Part shown: piece after piece, positions 48,801 through 60,876 of the stretch
Position numbering within the stretch: the stretch's first letter is position 1
Layout: every line of letters starts with the position of its first letter
From: Phoronis australis
Taxonomy: Eukaryota > Animalia > Phoronida
Direction: 5' to 3'
Length of the DNA: 64,000 nt
NCBI GenBank assembly: GCA_002633005.1
Contig: NMRA01000372.1
Location: 335,058-399,057 of the forward strand
Notes under the pieces: model-generated
Databases searched by the model: none
What the model was told of the DNA's origin: nothing
The model's input: the letters and a program-made list of their open reading frames with translations, nothing else
Position numbers and translations under genes: made by a program

Positions 48801-51800
48801 AGGAAATAGTGATAACAAAAACAAAACAGCAAAATTTTCAAGGTAATGTATCGTCAAATAATAGGAAATGGAAACCCCAAAACAGGAAATCCTCATTAAA
48901 GAGGAAAATTTCCATCCCAAATTTTGTTTGGCGTAAATGTCCAAGTCAGATGAAATGTCAAAAACAGTTCAGTTTTCTTATATAAGTAAAGTGTTGTTTC
49001 ATGAATGTCATAAAAGTCCAATTTTAGACACTCCACTGCAAAGGAGGGCCATTTTAAAACAATTTTATATCTTTTCTAGAACTGAGCACAAAGCATACTA
49101 TCGGAAATTTCCACAAGTCCGATCAGCCATTTCTGAGATTTGATGTTCCAAAGTTAGGTAAATTTGGACATTTTCAAGGGTCCTACATAACATTAACGCA
49201 GAGAAAAATCTTTCCAAGATAACCAGGAATTTATAGTTTTTAGCAGATACCATTGCAACAGGCAGCATTCCCTTTTAAATAAACTAAAATCCTGTTTACA
49301 AAATTACATTACATACCTGGAGTTTCAAGGTAGTTGCCTGACCCTCATCCATGCGAAGTGTCTCATTTATTGTTGTACCATTAGGACAACGACTGACCAC
49401 ATCAGCCAATCGGAACATGGTCTCACCGACGACGTCATTTGAAGAACAACAGAGAAATCCCGTCTTCTGATGCAGGCTGAAGTAAAGCTCATGTTCTTCA
49501 GCCTTGGCGGAGTCCACCTGGAGGATAATTAATGTACTACATAAGCACTAACTCAGTTATGAAATGCACCCACCACTGCACCAGAAATGGTATGCTTCCG
49601 TAGTGTTTGTTAGTATCGTGAAACTAAATTTAAAAAAAATATCGCTACCGTGATATCATATTGGGCTTGTAGGGGGTAAGAAGTCCACATAATGACTTAG
49701 AACTTTGTCGACCCTTATAAATCATGAGTGCCATTCACATATAATAAGCCTTCTGCAATTGGCATAGGCAAGTGAAAGCAGTTCTTTGTGAGCCCTGGCC
49801 TTATGTTTTATGGTCCTGCTTGAGAGGATAATTGTTTTATTACCCCGTGTAGATCAGTGAGTAGCCCAGCCCAGAATGTCAAAGCTTAAAATCGACTGGT
49901 GCTGGCATGTCTCAGACATACGCCTCTATGATAAAGTCTATTAGAAAATCTATCAACTCATCCGAGATCACATCTTTGTGCATGCAGAAATTTAATAGAT
50001 TATTAATAAATGTACATAATCCCAGAATCAGATATACACTCATCTGTACGCGACATTATGGAACCAAAATTGAAAATACTGTTAGAATGAAGGTGTCTGG
50101 GTAACTTTACTCTTGCAGCAAAAATTCTAATATTCAACGGTATGTATGTTTCAAGCCCAAGATAAATTTGAGGAATCAGACAGACTAATTTTAATATGGG
50201 ATCGATCAGATTACTTACAACAAAACTACACCACCTCTCCCCGTGAAGTAGATTTGCAAAATATACTACTGGGTAAAACAATTTGTAATAACCCATTTCT
50301 ATGTACTACAACCCATGCTCGAGAGAACGCCGATCTTTGTGGCTTTGGGAAAAGCCAAACCACGTCATTTGAATGAGCACCCCTTTAGCCGAGTTAATCC
50401 AAATCACTTGTTGGTTGAAAAGCCCACCAGACCTTTCCAATATGTTGTTGGTCAATCCCACAATTTTTTAGCCTCTAAAAACACTAGACATTAAATTGGA
50501 AAAAAACTCTGTAGGCTTTAGAGCTTATTTTAACTGCAACATCAGAGCAAAGACTATTGAGGAACCTTAATTACATATGCTAACTTGTGTATATTGGTAG
50601 CAAATTGTAATTCCTAAAGGCTTGAATTAATTTGTGGATCTCATCCAGAAAATTCAGCGCGCCACTTACGTTGACAGATCTAAGTTGGTTTTCCCTCCAC
50701 GACAGGCGTCCTGGAGAGCTCGGCTTTAGATTCAGATCAAGACCTGCGGTAACAACCTTCAGCGACAGTTTATCATTTTCCGTCGCCCCGGCCCGATCAA
50801 CTTCGATGCTGGTCAGCGTAACTTTGCCCCTACGGGTGGCGTACATAGCGTGATTCTCCATGGGAACGGTCCACAGTTTGCCGTTAGGCGCCACACCACG
50901 GTACATGCATCCAGCACGGTCAAAGTGTTCGCCGTAAAACTCTTGCCATTTCCGTCTGGTCTCAGCATCCGATTGGGACAGTCTGGAGTCCAGCGAGCGG
51001 TCTGTGTCCGTGTCGTCATGGTTCAACATTCGCCCGATGCAGGCCTCCGTGTCGTTCTTGTAAGCGAGAGGGTGAAGCTGGTGGGAGTGCCAGATCAGAT
51101 CAACGTCGTACATGGGCACAATGAACAAGTCAGGGTTACACTTCTTCAAGTAGAGAAAGCGCTTGTAGCGCTGTAGAGCAGACGACAGGAACTTGTGGTC
51201 CTCATAATGTGGTAAGGAGACGCTGTAGTAAAAGGCTCCTTGTCGGTCAGTGGCCAGCTCGAGATTGTAGGAACACTGACGCTGGTAGCTTGGTGGATGA
51301 GGGATCATGTTGAGGTCAATCTAGGATTGACAAAAATGTAAAATACATGCAAGTAAATAAATCTTGAACAAAGCACAGATATTACAACCAAGAGCTACAC
51401 TCAGAGAGTGCAAGAACATCTGGCATAACAACACAACACTGCTCAACTAGAGTTTAAATGATGTCGCAGCCCAAGTAGGTCTGTAGTCAAGGTGAACTTG
51501 AGCAGCCTAGTACATGGTTCACTCAATCTACACTCTCGCAGACAAGTTCGGTCCATGTAAACTGACAGTTTACTCATAGAAATAGTAGTCAGATACACAA
51601 ACTAAGGCTGCTATAAGCACAATCTTTTGCAGTAATTCAGTTGAACATTACATCTAGTATCTAGTACAACTTAATGAGCTACTGTCCCTCTTGCGAACGT
51701 GTTGTTCTTGGACTTAATGAGACGCACGATTTTCTATTTAACATGTTGTTTCTACTAGCAAAACAGTAAATTTAAAAGGAGAGATGTCACAAAAATATAC

Positions 51801-53533
51801 CTAATTTTCACAAGTTTGTTACATATACTTATGAGTACTATAATGCTGAAAAATTAATTGCATATAAAAACTTTGTATATGACAGCTTCTCTGCGAAATG
51901 TGAAAATTTTATTGCTCACGTTAACTCCATGTAGAAGTTGTTTACTTTATATGAGATACGAGAATAGTCTCTCCTGAGGTGTGCATGCGTAAATGAATGG
52001 ATGGGATGTACTTAATATTTGTTTGTTTTTTTGCACTTGTTTATAAATGATAATAAATACCTGAAAAAAAAAAATTAATGAGCAAACGAAGATGCCTGTG
52101 GCAGTGAGATAAGATGGTTGTCATGAGGTCAAAGCTCACTTGAATAGACAGAGCTTATTCTCAGAGCTCTGCCATCCACTAGGAGCATGTTAGTACTTTT
52201 CAAACCTGCATTCACAGCCAGATATTTGAAGCACACGTAAGGCCGGTATCTTTTCACACAACACAGTTCTGGTCCTGATTAAACCACTACAGACGCAGTC
52301 AATGCGATAAAATAATAAAATATAATTATATATAGATGGACGGAGGAACGGACAGATGGAAGGATAGTGAGATAGATGAACTTTCATTAAACTGGATTAC
52401 ATGTTGATCTAGAGGTTAATCTCACATATCGTCAAGTAATGATAAGGTCAAGTAATTTTAAGTATATGTAATATTACAATTAATTTGAATATGTGCACAA
52501 TGAAAGACAATGAATTCTGATATCTAACTTCACTGTCTAGTGGAACACTACTGACCACAGCCATTTAAGTTTGGAACGTACTTAGAACAATTTACTCTAG
52601 TGAAACAATTGCCATAATTTTCAATTTTTTATTACATGATTGAAGGAAATTTTCAACAACCAATCAAAGCAGTAATATAACAGTTGACATGTTGGACTTA
52701 CCTCAAATGGTTCATTTGGATGAAGATTCCTCCAAGCATGGCTCGCAGCTTGCTTCCCAGAATGTCGCTGGTTGGCATCGGGAATCCAGTGGTCAAAAAC
52801 GGAACCGAACAGCTTGGTGCAGTCATCACGGTACTTGTAGGGCGAGGTCATGTGCACATGCCAGATCCACTCCACATCCAAAGGGGGCACCAGCTGTATG
52901 CTGTTCGGAGTGGCTAGAAGAGGCCAAAGTTCACTTGAGAACAGCTGACAGGTACTGAAGTGACCAGTTTTTCAAATTTCACAATTATGCACTCAATCCA
53001 GGCATTTTGAATGCTATAATGGAACCTGTGGGCCTTACTTTGGATCATTACGAAGAGCATTTCAGCAGCAAAAACACTTTCGAGAAAATTCAAATCTAGA
53101 TTCTAGGACATAACATAATGGTAATTGTTGGACTGGTTTACTAATATTTTGATTCTGTGGGCATGTCAGAAGTGCAGCAAGTTTTAAATAGTTCTAGTTT
53201 CATTAAATCACCTCCGGCTGAATAACCATGATAAGATATACACCTGAATCTGTAAGTGAGGCAAGTTTTGAACATTTCTAGTTTGCTACGATTATCATTC
53301 ATTAAATCGCCTATGGTTGAATGACTATAAGAAATACACTTTAACTTACTGGCCAGTAGAGGGAGCCAGCATGTCTCATAGCGGCGGATGGCATTGAGAA
53401 CCAGGGGACTTTTGCTGGACAACAGATGGGGGTAGTTATTGACCTCTTTTAGAAATATCAACTGATTCCTCGCTGCCGCCACCAAGTCAATGCTGATTGG
53501 TAAATGGTCAGCCGCAGCAGCGTGCGTTGCCAT
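42368..53533 (-). CDS. GRDP1: Glycine-rich domain-containing protein (GRDP-like, tandem DUF1399 domains, Gly/Cys-rich C-terminus), about 795 aa
   Basis: Nine phase-compatible GT-AG exons. Motifs IDLVAAARNQLIFL, AIRRYETCWLPLL, VPPLDVEWIWHVHM.SP..Y, RYKRFLYL, VPMYDVDLIWHSHQLHPLAY, NHDDTDTDR and a terminal (GGGCGG)n tail match the plant GRDP1/2 family. Confidence 0.9.
43825..44069 (-). CDS. GRDP-like coding exon 8
   Basis: ATTCAG|GA...CAT|GTGAGT, phase 1-0; ends ELLATAFSVAVLH. Confidence 0.85.
44225..44355 (-). mobile_element. Possible old tRNA-derived SINE fragment
   Basis: Minus strand has A-box-like GCGGTTCAATGG and B-box-like AGTTCAAATC at tRNA spacing; highly degenerate. Confidence 0.3.
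44601..44816. repeat. 52-bp minisatellite, about 4 copies (GRDP intron)
   Basis: Unit CAAATTAAGGCRGTAACTGTATCAAACTGCCAAGAGGAACCACAGAGGCAGT. Confidence 0.95.
45632..45776 (-). CDS. GRDP-like coding exon 7
   Basis: ATTCAG|GTT...AAG|GTAGGT, phase 0-1; ERAMIIKNTRGDWGVVKGCW. Confidence 0.85.
46598..46748 (-). CDS. GRDP-like coding exon 6
   Basis: TTGCAG|A...CAG|GTGAGA, phase 2-0; LYTPGSGLAFTVRVIHSLPLMMSAVQIFCGDKMTVVSHTVGTDQLPDPSQ (below the ORF-track length cutoff). Confidence 0.85.
47440..47603 (-). CDS. GRDP-like coding exon 5
   Basis: TGCCAG|GCT...CAG|GTAGGT, phase 0-2. Confidence 0.85.
49317..49517 (-). CDS. GRDP-like coding exon 4
   Basis: CTCCAG|GTG...CAG|GTATGT, 201 nt, phase 0-0. Confidence 0.85.
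50670..51320 (-). CDS. GRDP-like coding exon 3
   Basis: CCTAG|ATT...AAC|GTAAGT; second DUF1399 repeat. Confidence 0.9.
52702..52913 (-). CDS. GRDP-like coding exon 2
   Basis: TTCTAG|CC..GAG|GTAAGT; LVPPLDVEWIWHVHMTSPYKY. Confidence 0.9.
53350..53533 (-). CDS. GRDP-like coding exon 1
   Basis: ACCATGG start; MATHAAAADHLPISIDLVAAARNQ...WLPLLA; donor GTAAGT, phase 1; an acceptor at 53551 implies an upstream UTR exon. Confidence 0.9.
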
Positions 53534-55327
53534 GGTGAAGATGACAGGTACTGAAACAGAAAAATAAAACGTTCAGAAGGGAGTGAAAATAAAAGCACCA
53601 TCATTGTAAGCTGAGTTAACTTCAAGTCTCAATCGGACTCCTTCAACCTTTGACAATTTAATACGTCAGAAACAAAAGCTAACCACCACACATTGGGGTC
53701 GTGATGAAATCTTTCTGCTCAAAATTGAAATAATTTTTGGCATTTTCCATTCTACTTTTGCGCAAACACAAGTGTCAATCATTCTGTAGTCGAGTACACT
53801 TGATGCATCTAGATTCGAATCAAAAACTCAGGACTTCTAGTTTTACTCGAAATTACAAGTTCAGATTCGACCTGATAGCCTTAGTTAATGATAGTATCGT
53901 TAAGTGCAAACTAGGATAAGACACAATATTATACACCTAAGTCGTAATATGTATTTGACCACAGAATAGTATAGACACCCCTCTTGAGTTCCCACAAAAG
54001 TAGAGTTTTTTAGTTTCATCTCGACTAAAAACATTCTACCCTAGACCCAGATCCCAAATTTACTTGGTTGACTTCAGTTTTTACTCAAAATCTTGAGCTT
54101 TTTCACTAAAAATCCCAAGCTTTTACTCAATTTTGTAGCTGGATTCTGCAATTATCAGGAGCAAATTTTGTAAAATATTTACGACACACGGCTCTTGAAG
54201 GAAATGACATTCAGCCAATGCAAGGTAGTTTCCATAAAAACCAGTTGATTTCTGTGGGTTTTTTTTGGTCTGATAATGCCATGATTATTGATTTGGCTAC
54301 AGTAGTCTTTTACTTATTCCGCAAAACAAGAATTCATAAAATTGTCACTTTTTATTTTTCAAGGCGTTACCTTGCAGTAGATATTAACGTCTACCAGAGG
54401 TTGTTTTATGATGTCTCTAGGAAGTACAAACTTAACTAGTCATAGAAAGATTTTTTAACGTTTATTTTTGTTTGAGAATTATAACAAATGAAACTTCACA
54501 CGTCCGCCATACCGTGTGCTAAATAACGGAATTACCGTGCATTCGATTCCAGTGTGAACTCGGTGTGAACGTTCTTTCATAAAGAATGCTTATAATGTAT
54601 TTACACCGTGTATTAATAGATGTACTGTATGTCTTATGTATCACACGCATACCTCTGTGATGTCATGGCTTTGCATACAATAAACATATTTACAAAAAAC
54701 CTTAACAGATTTCAACACTCCATTTGCATAACATCCAAAAATTGATTTACTATGTTAAGTCATGAAACTAAGAAAGGACAATCAAATAAGCAGTAGATAT
54801 CTATAGGGAGTTTAGTAGAGACCCTTTTTCGGACTACTTCATGCAACTGATCAAATTTGACCACTGGATTTTGACCACCAGCCTTTAATGTTTAATAACT
54901 ATTGAGCCTGGCCACTTTCAATGCCTGGCCTGACATGATCAAAGCATTAAATCACTTTTTGGATGAATGGCAAATTAACACATTGTTTAAATGCCTTCAG
55001 ATGCTTTTGGCCAGATGAGGCAACAATCTGGTGCCAAAAACTAAGTAAGTCAAGAGTCAAAAAAGACGACCAGAATGCTAGTTTTCCGCCAGCAAAGACA
55101 GAGAGATGCAGGTTCAGGTATGGACCTTCTTCAAGTGAATTACAGCTGAACACATATTACTCCAAGCAGGTTTGCACCTCCCACCCTACTCAACCCAAAC
55201 AAAGCCAGACAAAATGTTCACCAGACTGTAAAGATATTTCTAAGTAATCAGCTGAGGGCAAATGCATATCACCAGTTACAATGAGTGAGGAAAGAGATTT
55301 GTAGCTGTTATCTCTGTCAGGTTAATG

Positions 55328-55605
55328 TACCGTAAACGTTCGGGTTAACGCCCATGCTCAGTTAACCGCCCACCCCTTACTTTAAGTGGATTTTCGATTT
55401 AACCGCCCACCGCTCGGTTAAGCGCCCCCCTGCGATTTTTGAAGATTTCCAGTTAAGCACCCACCTCTCGGTTAAGCGCCCATCCCCGACTTTAAGTGGA
55501 TTTTCGATTTAACCGCCCACCGCTCGGTTAAGCGCCCCCCTGCGATTTTTGAAGATTTCCAGTTAAGCGCCCACCTCTCGGTTAAGCGCCCATCCCCGAC
55601 TTTTA
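55328..55605 (+). mobile_element. Left end of a Tc1/mariner-superfamily (pogo/Tc2-like) MITE with duplicated subterminal block
   Basis: TA+CCGTAAACG terminus followed by GTTAA(C/G)CGCCCA subrepeats and a tandem duplication of about 120 bp; matching right TIR not found. Confidence 0.5.
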
Positions 55606-57787
55606 AAGAATGAAGATTTAGTGCCCAGTGCTAAGGAAACGCGCGATTCCCCGACTTTTAGAAAAAGATCGATGATCACAATGAGCGCAACGACGCCGGG
55701 TCTCCGAGACGGTGGTTTAGCAATGTGAATTGCAATTATACAAGTACAGGTACAATTTCCCTTGGCTAGAAGGAGTTACATGTACTGGTTATGGCCTTGA
55801 TTTATCTCACAACATCCTGTGACTGCACTTAGGATTTACCATACAAGGGATTAGCCTTGCCACTTTCCTGGCAAGCAAAATCTACACTCTGTTCATTTTG
55901 CAGCAGATGTGAGCTATTGAGCTGAGCGCATTTTGCAACAAGAGGCACAGGTCTCTCCAACAGTTATTGATATAATTATTAGGTTTAGTGTTCATCATTA
56001 GGTTCTTGCCTAGCCCAGAAATCTATACAGAATAAAAGCTCTCTGTCAGAAATAGAACAGAGCCAGGGGGGCTCAATCATGTTGACAGAGTCCCCGCGGG
56101 CGTTTAACAAAAACTGCTGAGAGACCCCATTGCAGGTGTCAGGTCTGCTAATTCCCACCCCTTTAGCGGAATAGATTTTTCTGCCTTACCCATTTTTGTG
56201 GGTTGTTTTTTTTTCTTGCTCGGAGAAATCTCACACTAACACCAGGGAATGACATAAGGCACCTACAGTACAATCCAAAAGCATGGCACCTACAGTACAA
56301 TCCACAAGCATTCAAACAAAATGAATCAGATTTCCCATCATGACAACTGGGCTGAATCTGAATTCACCATCAGAGCACTTATCTCCCATGACTGAGAATG
56401 AAGGGCATGGGCGGCGCGGCACTGAAAAAAGTGGGGGCTATTATAGCCCCCTCCCCCTGCCCCCTATGGTGCACCACCCCTGAAGGGGAATTAACAGGGA
56501 AAGTACGTAGAGATAACAATAACAGAGATCGAAATTTTCCACGATTTCCAAAACTGGTGGAGACAGGAATAATAGTACTGATAAGACCTAACCTTTTTGC
56601 CTGAGAAAAAAAAACAGTAATATTAGTAAGCCATTTTGTAGTTAGAATTTTGAAGCCGTAATAATTATTACCGGTCGTTTTTGCTGTTTTTCATGTTAAA
56701 ACATGAATTACTGTTATGACGGGAATATGGTATTTTGTCCACGATTACTTTTGTCTTGTACTGCACTAAGTAGGTTACACAGACAACTTGTAGTTCGTAT
56801 CTAGGGGCTGTTGTGAGCATGCATGATATAACAACATGGAAAATATTGATCTGAATATGGCTGTTATTAAAACATGTAGATACAGCAGAGAAAGCCAGAA
56901 ATGAATTATTCAACAAGTGTATTTTTTGGGTTCATCAAAGATTCAGGTAAACTCAGAAAGTTAAATTTGACATGCAGGTCTCTACCTTGAGACAGTCAAT
57001 GGTTGATATGCAAAAGGTTGTTTTGAGAATTTCCATTGCCAGTGACAGCTGAGGGGAAACAGAATTGTAACTGCTTTCATAGGATCAATGGCATATGCCA
57101 TGTCACCTGTTAGGGTTCACTCACCTGAACACTGCGAACATCAGTGAAAGGGGAAAGACAACTGTACAGTGAATAGCAGGTCACTTGACATGAACTTTAG
57201 CTAACATCAGCTAAGACAACATTAAAAGTCACCACACACTAGTACAGTACAAGACAAAAGTAATCAGACAAACTATTGCTTGAACGGGTCACAATGGGCT
57301 AATTAAGTCAACAGCAAAAATGACAGATAATAACAATAGGTGGCAGTAAAGGTCTAGGCAAAATGCTGTAGCCATCTTACAAAGTTTCTTGTTAATTTCC
57401 TATCATTCTGATGATGGAAGACTGTTCTGACATCTACCGTGTAATTCTGCTTCCACCCAACACTTGTGATGGGTGGTTCTGGGTCATGTTGACTCTAGTA
57501 CTGTATTTACTTATAAAGACAGTTTTTAATATACAACCACTAGCTTTCGTTAACTCCCAGAACAGCCAACAACCAGCAGACACTGTACATAGTACGTAAT
57601 GTCCACGGCGTTCAAGCAACTATAAAATTGCATTCCATCCAAGAAATGAATTTTTGATTTAAAGCACTCATCGCTATAAAATTAGGCTCAACTTGTTCCT
57701 AACCCAAGACACTGGAAGTGATTCCATGGGAACGTGGTTGGCACATAAAGTGACACCTAGTGACAAGTTAGTGGACTTGTAGAGACT

Positions 57788-58033
57788 GGGGCCTGTTACA
57801 AGAAACTGACTTAAGCTCCTTTTGACTAACAGTAAGTCTAAGATTTGTCTCAACTTCCAAACTTTGAAACTGCTACATCCAACAAAGTTCAAGTCAAAAT
57901 TAAGGCAAAACTTGAAGTCAAAAATTTAAGTCAAGCTTAATACCTCTTTCTTGAAACAGACTTAACATGAATTTAATATATCTTAAACTTATCTCATTCA
58001 TCTTGGCTAAGTCGGTTTTCTTGGAGCGGCACC
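57788..58033. mobile_element. Degenerate MITE (PIF/Harbinger-like termini)
   Basis: GGGGCCTGTTACAAGAAACTGACTTAAG versus inverse of CTAAGTCGGTTTTCTTGGAGCGGCACC; internal AAGTCAA subrepeats. Confidence 0.4.
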
Positions 58034-60006
58034 TAGACTAAAATCAACCTGTCAGTTCTTTAAAAACCCTGAAATCACCTCAAGTTTGACTAAGCAACAA
58101 TTCAGGACCAATTTCATAATGATTATAAACTACTAATAGTTTAAATTAAAATTTGTTTTTGAGACAGAAGATGGCTTTATTGCCGCTTTAAATTTAGATG
58201 TATCTGCTTGTTCCTAACTATGCTAATGTATAGCAGGAACTGAACCACGATCCTATTTGAACATCATCTATGCTAAACGAAGTGCAGGTTGTATTCATTG
58301 ACAACTAATATTTACAAGAAAACAAAAATTCTGCAAGTTGGTGCCTTTGTACCTTGGGGGCAAACATAACCCGCATCATATAGCGTTATTCCTCAACACC
58401 ATGTCACAATACTAATACTGGACATGGCAGAGTGATTTACGATGGATCGTTTTCGACATAAAACTTGTTCTTAAAAACATTTGGCAATTTTCGACCTAGG
58501 TCACATTCACATCGTCGCTACATGTTGTGTTTCTAATTAATTTGACCAGGCAATCACAGATATACGGAATTAACGTGTAAGTTCTACTGTAAAGGACAGG
58601 TGAAGCACAACTTTGTAAGCCAAGAACCCAAATCTTAAAAACGAGAAGTAAACAAGTGATGGAAAAATAAATAGAAAGGTTCATTTATTCACTAGCGGTC
58701 AAGCATGACAAGTTTCCTGAATGGTTACATAAATCCAAGTTTCCTGGATGGTTACATAGCATTTCCTTGCCTTTAACAAAAATTCTAAACGCCAACTATA
58801 ATGTGCAATACATGGTCCAATTCTCATATACCATACAGTGGCAGTAGTGTCAGAAATGTCACAAACCAACGATAGACATTTCTTCAAACGCTCAAACCCA
58901 TTTTCTGACAAAGTAAATAAGCTACGATGCTAGACGACAAAACGGAAAAAGAATTGTTTGTAATTGTTGGCCTCATGATCACTCATTTTCTCCTTGATTA
59001 ATTTAACACGTACCGTCAGAGGTCCTAAAGTCGTGAGTGCCCTAAAGTCGTGAACGATCTTATTGTCCGCTTCTGCGTGGCCCTGACATCTGAAGTTTCC
59101 AGCGTTCGTCTGCTTATGAACGTCAAACGAATACCAGAACGCATTGACAATCACAATATGCTAATAAACAGGGAGTGTGTGGCGTCCTTTTTCAAATGTA
59201 TCTTAAAAACTATTCCACGTTTTTGTGCATTTTCAGAATACATTTTCAAAACTATACATCATTCAGATTTGCTCAAACATGCACTCCAGGAGTAGCTTTA
59301 ACAATGTATCAAAATGTCCCAGTGTCGATAAAGTTTTGTAAAGCCAAAGCAATAAAATACAGAGAGATAATTCATGCTGGGTTCTTAGCGTTTTACGTAA
59401 ACATCACCATTGAAAATGTCTGTGCACATCGGAGTTGGGTGCAAAACGCATAACTATTTATTTCAATTTAAAACTGAATTCATAAACAATGCAATGCATT
59501 TTTATGTCATCTAGAATAACTGTAAGCACTGTAGTTGATTGGTGTGGCCTTACTTCGTGCATTTCCAGCTTAACGAAAAGGTCACGACTCTAGGTCCTTG
59601 AGTCTAGGCCTGTCTAGGGCCTCATTCAAAATGGTCGGCGATATGAGTGACTGTTTCTAAACTCTGCTTACAGAGACTGAAAAAACATGTATATTTGTGA
59701 AGGCTGATATATTTCCATGACATCACACTAGCAGTTGCTAATGGACATTAGGTAGGACTAGTAGCACAATCAGCTGCTTGTTATGCTTATATTCACGTCT
59801 TTAGGTCACCGGAGTCTCTCTTACTGGTTCCTAGATTTAGCACAGAAGAAATTTTGATCACCACGATTATTTTAGCGCACTTGTCATGTTACCTCATGTA
59901 TACCAAGTTCACGCATACGCAATATTGAGATTAAGCAGGATTCCCAAAGTCACTCACAGCACTGCAGCTATTGCGTTGAGCTTGTTGTGACTGTCATTGA
60001 CATTAG

Positions 60007-60876
60007 GCCTCTGTTGGCCCGAACCAGAGGCGATGTAGAGGCTATAGGCGCTCTGTACGCCGGAAGCTTTTCGGCGAATTATGCCTCGCACCGACTAAAC
60101 CATCAAAGCCACGTTGTTATAACTACCTTCTGCGCATAGACGAACACCTTAGGAGGTTGTCGATGTGATTAATTCCTTCCAACTCGAACAAATACTCCCG
60201 TTATGAAACTCTTTCTTCGAGCAGTCCCTATTTCAGTTCCCAAAATCGTGAACTCACCATTTTTATACTGCGCACGCTCCAATTCATGACCTCAATCTTT
60301 AAATAGGCCAAAGGTGAGCCATTGCGGTCTTGTCAGTCAAATGTTCGTTTCCAAAATGCCACCACTTATACTTGTCTTTAATTGGCGTTACTTGAAACTG
60401 ATTGTATTTCAATGAATCATTGTTTGTATTTGATAAAAATAAATGCTGTTGATATGACATTTAATAGTCTTTGTGCACATATTTGACATTTTAATGTTTA
60501 ACAACACGGCAAATGCACGGCTGGTTCCCGGCAGCACGTACGCGAAGGGCGGGAACTTCAGCTTTCAAAGTTCGCCGGTAGGTCCGCAACTTCTGACCTT
60601 CGGCCTGGTTAAAAAAATGAAAAAGTTGATTTCACGATTTTGGGAACTGAAATAGGGACTGCTCGAAGAAAAAGTTTCATAACGGGAGTATTTGTTCGAG
60701 TTGGAAGAACTTAAACACATCGACAACCTCCTAAGGTGTTCGTCTATGCGCAAAAGGTAGTTATAACAACGTGGCTTTGATGGTTTAGTCGGTGCGAGGC
60801 ATAATTCGCCGAAAAGCTTCCGGCGTATAGAGCGCCTATAGCCTCTACATCGCCTCTGGTTCGGGCCAACAGAGGC
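60007..60876. mobile_element. Young MITE with about 250-bp terminal inverted repeats
   Basis: Arms 60007-~60255 and ~60627-60876 are near-perfect inverses (GCCTCTGTTGGCCCGAACCAGAGGCGATGTAGAGGC...) around a unique spacer. Confidence 0.9.
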
